Assembly (NCBI GenBank): GCA_027014955.1
Contig: JALWDA010000073.1
Coordinates: 12,926 to 76,925, forward strand
From: Desulfurococcales archaeon
Lineage (GTDB): Archaea; Thermoproteota; Thermoprotei_A; Sulfolobales; Fervidicoccaceae
Direction: 5' to 3'
DNA: 64,000 bases
The position numbers and the translations under genes were made by a program. Shown piece by piece: positions 35,190-43,567 of this stretch; the stretch's first letter is position 1; every line of letters starts with the position of its first letter. The notes below the pieces were generated by a model. That model did not search any database. It had not been told where the DNA came from and saw only the letters and a program-made list of their open reading frames with translations.

Positions 35190-37188
35190 CCACAATTGCT
35201 ACAAGAACTGCGACCGCAAATGCCTGTACAACACCTGTAGTGCCCACGCTTCTCTCTACAGCTATTGTCTGTGTCGTTGTAACGGTAACAGTTTGTGTTA
35301 TATGGACTTCTTGGGTAATTGTGGTCGTAGTTTCTGTTTGGTCTTCCACACTACTTGTATCCTGGATACCTGTACTACTTTGTAGAGGCCCCTGGACAGG
35401 CATAGAAAATGCGGGGGCAAGGTACCTGGTCAGCGCGTCTTGCAGTGAGCCTAGTGTGAAGGACCTTATAGCTGCGTATACTTCGTCCATATCCCCCGTC
35501 TTCTCGAAGTTGCTCAGGCTCTCAAGCCCGTATTCGAGGTAGCCTAGGGCAATCACGCTTCTATATCCAGGTCGTGACAGGCTCTTAACCAGGTTCTCTT
35601 TTAGTATAGTTGCGATATCCTGGGGCTTATAGTCAAACACCCTGTGAAGGCCAACCATGGAATCCGCCAGGCTCTGCATGAAGTATGAGATAGCCTCTAT
35701 CTGGGCACCCTCTCCTAGCTTTTCAACCCCCTTCTGATAGGACAGTGAGGGAGATTCTTGTGGGGATACTCCAAGGTCCTCAAATAGGCTGGTATAGTAA
35801 GAAACCACAGTCTCAGCAAGCCCCATGAGGTCGTTAGCGAGCTTTTCTATATCATCCCGAGTCACGGGGGGTGAGGGTATCTCGGAATATTCGAGCCACT
35901 TGAGAGCAACCAAAGACCTCCACTTAGCATAGCCAAGCCTGATAGCTGAACCGTCTTCTACAACAAGGGTTTTCTCCCCGGTGAGTGGGTTGACGGCTTC
36001 GTATATTCCTTCAAGCGCACTTAACAGAAGGTATTGGGCGTCAAGGGCCCGCTGCCTTGCCGTTACCAGTGCTTCTAGGCTGGAGACGTTCTGGGGCTGG
36101 GTGCTGTTAATGATTTGTAGTACATTGTTTATGGTGTTGTTTACGGTTTCTATGTACGAGAGGATCTCCTCTTTAGTCGTCACGTACTGTTTTATGTAGG
36201 CAGCTTCAGCCAAGGCCGTTGCACTGAACATGTATGAGGCTGCAATGTAGTATTTGCCTTCATTCTTATAGGAGAGGGCCTTGTCTGCCAGAAGTTGGCT
36301 CTGGTTAAGAAGGTCTTCTGCAAGGGACGTGTTGACCAGTTCAACCAGTCTTTCCCTCTCGTTTTTTAAGTCGTTTATCCACCTAGTAAAGAGGTTTACA
36401 GCATCGATATTGTAAAGTGGTAGGTCCACGTCACCCTCACTGGGCGGTTTCCAAGATTCTAGGAAGTACGATGCCGCTTCGTATATGCTGGCCACTTCTA
36501 CAACCTTAACACCGAGCTCCTTTGCATATTCTGTTAGATTAAGGGGCTCGCGGGTCACATATATGATGCCTCCCTGCTGCACTCTCTTCTCAACCATCAC
36601 AACAGACTCGCCTGCGGGAACTAGGAAGACTTTGTAACCAGCGTTTGCTGCTGCTTCTAATTTCGCCTTTACGCCCCCCACCGGACCCACTGTACCGTCG
36701 GGATATATCATCCCAGTCATAGCTACGCTAGAATTTATGCCGGATCCCGTGAACAGGGCTAGAAAACCTATGGTCATTACAGCCCCTGCACTTGGGCCCC
36801 CGATAATCAGGCTAGGTGATTTCATGGAGACGAACGCGTCGTAAACCCTATGGTCCTTGCCCGCGATTTGTGCCGCAACCATGAACGCGATACGGGCCGA
36901 TGCCTGGCTGTCTATCATGGTAAGGGGCTCTGAGCTGAAATAGAGGTTCCCTTTTCCAGGGTAGGCCAACGATACTGTAAGGTTGCTTACAACGCCCCTT
37001 CCGTCGCTTCCAACGGCTAGTGCAGGCAGGCTTACGCTTGCTATCCAATCATAATTATTGTATACAGGCCTGTAGACCTCTTCGGCGCTCAGTGTGGGTG
37101 ATATCAGGGCTAGGAGGATTAAATAGGCTAGAATTAATGATTTCATAGCACGAGGGGATGTTGGCTTATTGGGGTTCTTATCTACCAT
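35155..37188 (-). CDS. Secreted, membrane-anchored Lon-like (peptidase S16) protease-domain protein without an ATPase module (paralogue of 5208..7076)
   Basis: Signal peptide MKSLILAYLILLALISPTLSA. The S16 motif is GGPSAGAVMTIG...AMTGMIYPDGTVGPVGGVKAKLEAA, with Ser and Lys exactly 43 residues apart as in E. coli Lon. A long helical region with many N-x-S/T sequons follows, then a Thr-rich stalk, a TM segment and an ARRRAG tail. Confidence 0.75.
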   Translation of the reverse strand: MVDKNPNKPTSPRAMKSLILAYLILLALISPTLSAEEVYRPVYNNYDWIASVSLPALAVGSDGRGVVSNLTVSLAYPGKGNLYFSSEPLTMIDSQASARIAFMVAAQIAGKDHRVYDAFVSMKSPSLIIGGPSAGAVMTIGFLALFTGSGINSSVAMTGMIYPDGTVGPVGGVKAKLEAAANAGYKVFLVPAGESVVMVEKRVQQGGIIYVTREPLNLTEYAKELGVKVVEVASIYEAASYFLESWKPPSEGDVDLPLYNIDAVNLFTRWINDLKNERERLVELVNTSLAEDLLNQSQLLADKALSYKNEGKYYIAASYMFSATALAEAAYIKQYVTTKEEILSYIETVNNTINNVLQIINSTQPQNVSSLEALVTARQRALDAQYLLLSALEGIYEAVNPLTGEKTLVVEDGSAIRLGYAKWRSLVALKWLEYSEIPSPPVTRDDIEKLANDLMGLAETVVSYYTSLFEDLGVSPQESPSLSYQKGVEKLGEGAQIEAISYFMQSLADSMVGLHRVFDYKPQDIATILKENLVKSLSRPGYRSVIALGYLEYGLESLSNFEKTGDMDEVYAAIRSFTLGSLQDALTRYLAPAFSMPVQGPLQSSTGIQDTSSVEDQTETTTTITQEVHITQTVTVTTTQTIAVERSVGTTGVVQAFAVAVLVAIVVSTLMARRRAG

Positions 37189-37302
37189 GTCTATTATCGC
37201 CTTTAAAGCTACCTTGGACAGATAACAGTTATTCAGTATATAATATTGTGAAGATAATGGTTAATACGCATATAGAATTACCTTAGTATTTTCATGGAAA
37301 CA

Positions 37303-38328
37303 TCAAGCTGATATGGGATAGATGAAACTGGTTCTCTCCCTTGTACCAATCACTATACTCAATGTATCATCACGGGTGTCGTGGAACGCTGGTCCCCTAA
37401 CCAGGAAAGCGCCTCCTTTACTAATTGCGTTGACAAAAAGAGCCTCGAAGATTATCAAACGCGCCAAGGAACCTGGTTTAGCCGAACCCCGAATAACGGC
37501 CTCTACAGTACCGCTAGCTAGGTGTGGATAGTAATGCAAGCCACAGCTATGATTATTGTCTAGGCCATCATCAATCCAGATTATTGCCTCTACAGTGCCT
37601 TGATATTCCCCTCTAGGCCTCAGCGGCCCCCCGTCTGGTGCATAGTAGTCCCTTCTCCTGTCGGGTGCATAGGCTACGGATACGAGCCTACCCTTGTATA
37701 AAAACCTCCTCCTAGGATCATACATTTGAGCTACCAATCTTGGGTGAAGCCCTAGTCTCTCAGCATTTCTCAGAACCCATTTTTCGAACAGCTTGCCTTT
37801 TAGCGGCTCGCCAACCTCTTTCCCGAGACCATCGATTAGACCACAACTGTATACTACCAAGTCTATATCACTATGTGCCTCGTTGTGAAAACCCCCCAGA
37901 ATAGAGCCCGATATGCCAATTCGGTCCCATACAGTATAGCCTCTGTCAACTATCTCGCTAGCAAGTGAGAGAGAGGCTTTCTCCAAGGGATCACCTACCC
38001 TATATAGTAGCCTCTCCACAGCCTTCTCGGGTCTCCTGTGCTCATATATGTCGAGAACGTCGATGCATGGCATGCTTGTACGGTATATGGGGCTTATACA
38101 GCTTTTTGGAGAAAGGTTAACCACATCCGGTTTATAAAGCCTGAAAATCCTCCTCAGTCCACCCCAGGAGCCCTGCCAGGGGGTAGGACCTTTTGTGGGC
38201 ACGTACTTCAGGAACGCGTATACATTCGCGGGCTCATGTATAGAGCCTATTACCTGGTATACCATACCTCGTTTATCAACCAGTATGTCCTTGTCCCTCA
38301 GAACCCTTCTCTCCACCCTTCTCTCCAC
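37303..38328 (-). CDS. Pol-beta-superfamily nucleotidyltransferase-domain protein (archaeal, uncharacterised)
   Basis: GISGSILGGFHNEAHSDIDLVVY is the GS...DxD nucleotidyltransferase signature, and the C-terminal part is beta-rich. The GTG at 38328 overlaps cdd by 53 nt. An ATG at 38265 would avoid that overlap. Confidence 0.65.
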   Translation of the reverse strand: MERRVERRVLRDKDILVDKRGMVYQVIGSIHEPANVYAFLKYVPTKGPTPWQGSWGGLRRIFRLYKPDVVNLSPKSCISPIYRTSMPCIDVLDIYEHRRPEKAVERLLYRVGDPLEKASLSLASEIVDRGYTVWDRIGISGSILGGFHNEAHSDIDLVVYSCGLIDGLGKEVGEPLKGKLFEKWVLRNAERLGLHPRLVAQMYDPRRRFLYKGRLVSVAYAPDRRRDYYAPDGGPLRPRGEYQGTVEAIIWIDDGLDNNHSCGLHYYPHLASGTVEAVIRGSAKPGSLARLIIFEALFVNAISKGGAFLVRGPAFHDTRDDTLSIVIGTRERTSFIYPISA

Positions 38329-38719
38329 CTAATAGCCTCTCTCCCGTAAACGTGTGCGGGAGAAGCTCCTCAAGGCTCTTGACAAGGGTTTTCCCGTTTC
38401 GTGCAACCATAATTATCCTAGCACGCGGGTTAAACTCTGCTATCACCTGCCTGCAAGCCCCGCAGGGTGGAGTAGGCTCCTCCGTAGGAGTGTATATGAG
38501 CACCTCTTCAATATCCCTATCACCCTCAGAAACCGCCTTGAACACCGCTACCCTCTCAGCGCATATGGTGAGGCCATAGCTACTGTTCTCAACATTAACC
38601 CCCGTATACAAGCGCCCCTTAGCAGTCCTAACCACTGCCGCTACAGGGAAGCGAGAGTAAGGAGAATAGGAGTTCCTTATTACCTTCTTAGCCTCTTCGA
38701 CCAGTTTCTTCACTGACAA
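38276..38719 (-). CDS. cdd: Cytidine deaminase
   Basis: Zinc motifs CAERVAVFKAVSEG and PCGACRQVIAEF. The 22-aa Gly/Glu/Lys tail is unusual and is encoded by the 12-bp tandem duplication. Confidence 0.88.
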   Translation of the reverse strand: MSVKKLVEEAKKVIRNSYSPYSRFPVAAVVRTAKGRLYTGVNVENSSYGLTICAERVAVFKAVSEGDRDIEEVLIYTPTEEPTPPCGACRQVIAEFNPRARIIMVARNGKTLVKSLEELLPHTFTGERLLGGEKGGEKGSEGQGHTG

Positions 38720-38786
38720 GGCACAACCCCCGGGGGGTTATGCTTAAATTTCGTTAGAAGGGGGTATATATACCAGGGGGTCGGCC

Positions 38787-39212
38787 ATGGAGCAGACAGT
38801 TGTTTATACTGAAAAGCCTTCAAGGAACACGGCGCTAGGGCTGGGGGACGAGGCCAGGGAGGCAAAACCAAGAGTGGTTGGCAAGCACGTGTATGGAAAC
38901 GCTATGCACTGTAACGTGGACAAGCTAATGGACGAGGAGTTTCTAGTAGAAACGGTGAGAGAAGCCGCACAGAAGGGCAACATGAGCATCCTTGACCTGA
39001 AATCGTGGAAAATAGGAAAAGGAGTATCAGTGCTAGCTGTTATACTTGAAAGTCACATATCTGTCCACACTTGGCCGGAGTACGGTTTCGCCACAATAGA
39101 CGTATACAGCTGTGGGGAACATACGAGGCCCGAGGTTGCTTTCAAGCACATTGTCGAAAAACTGGAAGCCCGGAGCGTGGTCAAGGGCTTCATTAACAGG
39201 AGTTTTGTATAG
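38787..39212 (+). CDS. Pyruvoyl-dependent S-adenosylmethionine decarboxylase-family proenzyme (AdoMetDC, or the crenarchaeal arginine decarboxylase paralogue)
   Basis: Self-cleavage and active-site segment VILESHISVHTWPEYGFATIDVYSCG. Substrate specificity cannot be assigned from sequence by eye. Confidence 0.85.
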   Translation: MEQTVVYTEKPSRNTALGLGDEAREAKPRVVGKHVYGNAMHCNVDKLMDEEFLVETVREAAQKGNMSILDLKSWKIGKGVSVLAVILESHISVHTWPEYGFATIDVYSCGEHTRPEVAFKHIVEKLEARSVVKGFINRSFV

Positions 39213-39340
39213 TTCGTCTTTTTTAAACTAAAAGTCGTATGTAGAAGTTTTTTAATAATCCCGCCTACTGCTGGCTGGCCTGGTAGGAGCCTACATTTTA
39301 CCCAAATGAACACGCAGGTTATGCAATTTGTGCTAGTACA

Positions 39341-40084
39341 GTGGTTTGTTGTTCAATGGTGTATTTCATGACACTCCTGCCCGCGAGAAGAATAATACCC
39401 GACACTATAACCGCGTTGACTGGAGTAGTGGGAACATTTGCTCTCTATGCATTCTTTCACGGTGAGAGAGACCTTGCAGTAAGACTCTTGATATTGGCCC
39501 TTTTACTGGATGTACTCGACGGCATGGTAGCCCGAGGTCTAGGCATCGCGGATAAGCAGGGAGAGTTGTTGGACAGGCTCTTTGACAGGTATTACCAAGT
39601 AATAGTACCTGCTATAATTTATGCCCATTACAATAACTGGAGTTATGATGCAACATTGTACGCTGGCCTAGTAATAACAATATCATTGTGGCGTGTTACA
39701 AGGAGGGTTAGGGCGAGGCTATACTTTGTTGGAGCACCTCTATTTCTTCACACTATAACGATACTGACCAGCCTCTACGCGGAAAAACCCGCACCCACCT
39801 ACGTCCTCATAATGCTCTCAATAGCGAGCCTCCTTCCCCTGAAATACTATAGGAGAAACCCGAGGTACTCGGAAAAGGAGAACAAGGGCACATATGCTGC
39901 GGCAAGGATAGCTATATTGGCGCTCATGGCCCTGCTACCCTACGAGAGGCTCTCTTTGGTGTTAGGCGTGGTGCATTACATGGCGATAGTATATGGCCTA
40001 CTCGGGTGGGCATACTATCTTTATGCAGAGAAGGGCACCCTGTTAAATAGGGTGCTTTACAGGGAGAGGGTCGAGGGATACTGA
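39341..40084 (+). CDS. CDP-alcohol phosphatidyltransferase family protein
   Basis: Complete signature DVLDGMVARGLGIADKQGELLDRLFD, i.e. D(x)2DG(x)2AR(x)8G(x)3D(x)3D, in a polytopic membrane protein. Confidence 0.85.
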   Translation: MVCCSMVYFMTLLPARRIIPDTITALTGVVGTFALYAFFHGERDLAVRLLILALLLDVLDGMVARGLGIADKQGELLDRLFDRYYQVIVPAIIYAHYNNWSYDATLYAGLVITISLWRVTRRVRARLYFVGAPLFLHTITILTSLYAEKPAPTYVLIMLSIASLLPLKYYRRNPRYSEKENKGTYAAARIAILALMALLPYERLSLVLGVVHYMAIVYGLLGWAYYLYAEKGTLLNRVLYRERVEGY

Positions 40085-40186
40085 CTGGAGGACCGAGTTT
40101 TCTTAATAACCCACAGTAGCCATTACCTATACAATAACATTTACTGCATTAGCGAATAAGAAGCACTAGATCATGGTGCGTGTAGA

Positions 40187-41158
40187 ATGAGTAGTAAGCC
40201 CTACACTCCTAGGAAACATGGCTCCACCGAGATAGCGCTTGAGCTGCTCAGCGGGCTTACCACTCAGCTTACGGAGACAAGCGACTGGCATTCTCTCTTG
40301 AGCCTTGTGTACAAGGTCACGAGCAATGCCTATCAGAGGAGACCAACATCAGCCCTGCTAGTCAACACTATAAGGCTCATACTGAGGAACCTCAAGGAGC
40401 TGTACGAGAAGGGTGAGAATGTGGACAATGCTGTTAGGAAGCTTCTCGCAATCATAGAGGAGCAGAAGAGGTTCACCATAGAAAGCACCGAGAGGCTCTC
40501 AGACATTGGTGCGAGGAGGCTTCCTGACAACAGTAGGATACTTGTACACAGTTATAGTACTAGCGTCAACAAGATCATACTAAAGGCGCACGAGCAGGGC
40601 AAGGTGAGAGAAGTGATAGCGACAGAGTCGAGGCCCGGGAGCGAAGGATTCCTCACAGCAGAGCACCTTGACAACATGGGCGTACCAGTAACCCTGATAG
40701 TAGACTCTGCAGTCAATTATGTGATGGACAGGGTCGATGTGGTCCTCCTCGGCTCCGAGGCGATAACCGCGAACGGGGCTCTAGTAAACAAGGTGGGCTC
40801 TAGCCTCATCTCGCTGATAGCCTTCCAGAAGAGGAAGCGGACACTTGTAGCGGCTGGCACGTACAAGTTCAGCTATGAGACACTGCTGGGGGAGCTCATA
40901 AGGATACCCACCGCAGGACCTGAGACGCTGATGCTCCCAGACGAATTGTTATCGAAAGGCCTCAGAACCTACCTGCCCCTAATGGATGTAACACCCCCTC
41001 AGTACATTGACGCCATAATTTCGGAGAAGGGGGTAACAAGCCCCCAAGGTGTCCCAATCATGCTATGGGAAATATACGGTCACTGGCCCCACGTCGAGCC
41101 CGACATAAACACCCTCCTCAAGGAGATGAAGAGCCTTGCCGAATCCAGTAAACGCTAG
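40187..41158 (+). CDS. aIF-2B alpha/beta/delta-family protein, degenerate active site
   Basis: IF-2B family fold (ATESRPGSEG, NKVGSS). The positions of the isomerase Cys and Asp read VHSYSTS and LLGSEAI. Confidence 0.8.
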   Translation: MSSKPYTPRKHGSTEIALELLSGLTTQLTETSDWHSLLSLVYKVTSNAYQRRPTSALLVNTIRLILRNLKELYEKGENVDNAVRKLLAIIEEQKRFTIESTERLSDIGARRLPDNSRILVHSYSTSVNKIILKAHEQGKVREVIATESRPGSEGFLTAEHLDNMGVPVTLIVDSAVNYVMDRVDVVLLGSEAITANGALVNKVGSSLISLIAFQKRKRTLVAAGTYKFSYETLLGELIRIPTAGPETLMLPDELLSKGLRTYLPLMDVTPPQYIDAIISEKGVTSPQGVPIMLWEIYGHWPHVEPDINTLLKEMKSLAESSKR

Positions 41159-42125
41159 CATACCGGAGGAGGTCCTTAGGATAGCCGATGATATTAAGAC
41201 AATGAGAATAAGAGGAGCTGGAAAGATAGCGCGCAGTGCTGCACAGGCCCTAATAATTGCAGCGGAGAAATACAGGGGACCCCCCGAGGGGTTCACAGAG
41301 TACATTAGGACAGTAGGCGTGACATTGATAAGAACCCGGCCCACGGCAGTATCTCTACCCAATGCGGTATTCTATGTCCTCAGCAGGATAGACGGTCTAG
41401 AGGGAGAAGAGGCTCGTATAAAGACTATTGAGGCTGGTAAGAAGTTCATAGACCTTTCATTAACAGCGCTTGACCGTCTTGCTGAGATAGGTTCTAAGCT
41501 GGTAGAGGACGGCGATGTTGTACTCACCCACTGTCACAGCACGGCGGTTGTGAGGCTCCTTCAGAAAGCCAGGCAACGCGGCACGGACTTCCAGGTGTAC
41601 AACACGGAGACCAGACCAAGGTTCCAAGGGAGGATAACGGCATCCCAGCTCCTTGACTCGGGAATAAAGGTCACCCACATAACAGACTCTGCAGTAAGGT
41701 CGGTAATGCCCCGAATAACCAAGGTCATAGTAGGAGCAGACACTGTTACCAGTGACGGTCACCTTGTAAACAAGGTAGGCACGAGCCAGATTGCCATCGC
41801 TGCATATGAGGCAGGAGTACCCTTCTATTCCGCAACAGAGTCAATAAAGTTCAGCCCAGCATCATTCGCAGGTGGGGACGTGGTAATCGAGGAGAGAAGC
41901 GCTGAGGAAGTCGTGGACCCTATATGGCTTAAAGGGAGGAGAAATGTAAAGGTCCTGAACCCCGCATTCGATATAACAGACCCAGAGTACATACACGGTT
42001 TCATAACAGAGCTTGGACTAATACCGCCCCGCGCAGCATCCCTTATAATAAGAGAGATGTTCGGTTTGAGGAGCGGGCACTTGCAACTAAAGCTAATAGA
42101 AGAAGAGGCCGAATGGAGCCACTAG
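41136..42125 (+). CDS. aIF-2B-family sugar-phosphate isomerase (ribose-1,5-bisphosphate / methylthioribose-1-phosphate isomerase-like)
   Basis: MRIRGAGKIA, THCHSTAV (Cys present), ETRPRFQG and VGADTVTSDGHLVNKVGTS (Asp present). A TTG start overlaps the upstream paralogue by 23 nt. Confidence 0.8.
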   Translation: MPNPVNASIPEEVLRIADDIKTMRIRGAGKIARSAAQALIIAAEKYRGPPEGFTEYIRTVGVTLIRTRPTAVSLPNAVFYVLSRIDGLEGEEARIKTIEAGKKFIDLSLTALDRLAEIGSKLVEDGDVVLTHCHSTAVVRLLQKARQRGTDFQVYNTETRPRFQGRITASQLLDSGIKVTHITDSAVRSVMPRITKVIVGADTVTSDGHLVNKVGTSQIAIAAYEAGVPFYSATESIKFSPASFAGGDVVIEERSAEEVVDPIWLKGRRNVKVLNPAFDITDPEYIHGFITELGLIPPRAASLIIREMFGLRSGHLQLKLIEEEAEWSH

Positions 42126-43012
42126 CCGCACAAGTTCTTGTCAATAGAAACGTCGAGAGAAACCTGATAAAGCCTCGGCCCAACACTCCTAACAATCCTT
42201 CCGCCCAACAACACAGCTTTGGCACAATCCATAACACGTCTAAGAACGGTTTCTACTCTCTTGTAAGCCTTCGGTATCAAATCCCCCCGCCTTTCACCCT
42301 TCTCTAGTTCAACGAATTCGTAAAAATGCAACACACCCTCGCCTCCCAACGCCTCGAGAGCTGCCAAGTAGAACCTGGGAGAAAAACTGGGAAGGGGCAA
42401 AAGCACCCTGTCCGCCACCCCTTTAAGCGATTCCATTATAACATCAACAGAGTCTCCAAGCACTGGCACCACACTTTCTTCAACACTGTTTAAATTAATG
42501 TTCTCCACCAGCAGCCTGTGAGCCGCAGGGTTCTTGTCAATGGAAATAACACGGGCGGGGTTTGCCATCTTGGCTATTACTATTGAGAAGCCTCCCACAC
42601 CCGAAAACATGTTCACAACAACCTCACCGCTTCTCACAAGCTTTGCAATCCTAGAATGCTCATAGCTGAGCCTTGGGGATATGTATGCTGATTCCAGGTC
42701 CACTTTAAACACACAACCGTGCTCTCTATAGTAAGTCCACTTTCTACTGGTTCCAGCCAAGTGGAGAACCTTTCTTAAACGAAATTCGCCCATAACCGGT
42801 GTTAGTGAAAGGAACACGCCCTTAACGTACGGAAGCTCGTTCAACAAGGCCTCTCCTATTCTCTTGTATTCGTCGAGAAGGTTGCGGCTTATCTCGACTT
42901 CGCTTATGGGAGCTCTCAGTAGTACAAGGTCACCGATTAAGTCAAACGACTTCCATATAGGCACTTTCGCTTGTTTGGCGTTCAGTATCTTTTCCAAGAG
43001 CCTTTTTCTCAA
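42122..43012 (-). CDS. Met-10+-like tRNA methyltransferase (Trm5 / Taw2 family)
   Basis: SFDLIGDLVLL N-terminal motif and the SAM motif NMFSGVGGFSIVIAK with IDKNP. Confidence 0.8.
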   Translation of the reverse strand: MRKRLLEKILNAKQAKVPIWKSFDLIGDLVLLRAPISEVEISRNLLDEYKRIGEALLNELPYVKGVFLSLTPVMGEFRLRKVLHLAGTSRKWTYYREHGCVFKVDLESAYISPRLSYEHSRIAKLVRSGEVVVNMFSGVGGFSIVIAKMANPARVISIDKNPAAHRLLVENINLNSVEESVVPVLGDSVDVIMESLKGVADRVLLPLPSFSPRFYLAALEALGGEGVLHFYEFVELEKGERRGDLIPKAYKRVETVLRRVMDCAKAVLLGGRIVRSVGPRLYQVSLDVSIDKNLCG

Positions 43013-43206
43013 ACAGTACGCACCACGTCCTAATGTTATGGGCTCGAGCTAATGCATGGATATGTACAATGGTTTACTAACCCGGTTGATATACACGGCT
43101 GATCAGCTACTTGCGGGGCGTTATAATAATGATACAACTGTTAACTTATTACTTGGTGTTTTGGATTATTTTTAGAAGTTAGGTTCGAGGATTGTTTAAT
43201 AAAAAA

Positions 43207-43410
43207 CTATTTAGTGACATGCATGCGCACGGTTGTTCTAACAGATATCTTGAGACTCCCATTTACCCCACTTAGGGTTATGTACTGGTCATTAATCCTA
43301 TACCCGCATATTGGGCACTTGTAGTATGTTTGTATTGCCTTGTAATTCCTGTCGAACGTCTCTGTCTCTTTCCTGTAATCCATCTCGTGGCCGCATCTCG
43401 GGCATTTCAT
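43207..43410 (-). CDS. Small zinc-ribbon protein (67 aa)
   Basis: Two CxxC pairs (CPRCGH ... CPICGY). It is divergent from the 357-aa orphan gene. Confidence 0.5.
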   Translation of the reverse strand: MKCPRCGHEMDYRKETETFDRNYKAIQTYYKCPICGYRINDQYITLSGVNGSLKISVRTTVRMHVTK

Positions 43411-43567
43411 TCCCTACACCCCTCACTGCCCGGATACCGATGTCCCGCAGGGCTCGCCTCATCGTCATTGCTTACATCTCCGGGCTCTTCCCTCAATAAT
43501 CTAAATGGTTTTGTGTCAGTAAATAAAATGATTGGCAAACAAGTGATTGAGACGGGAGGGGGGATCT

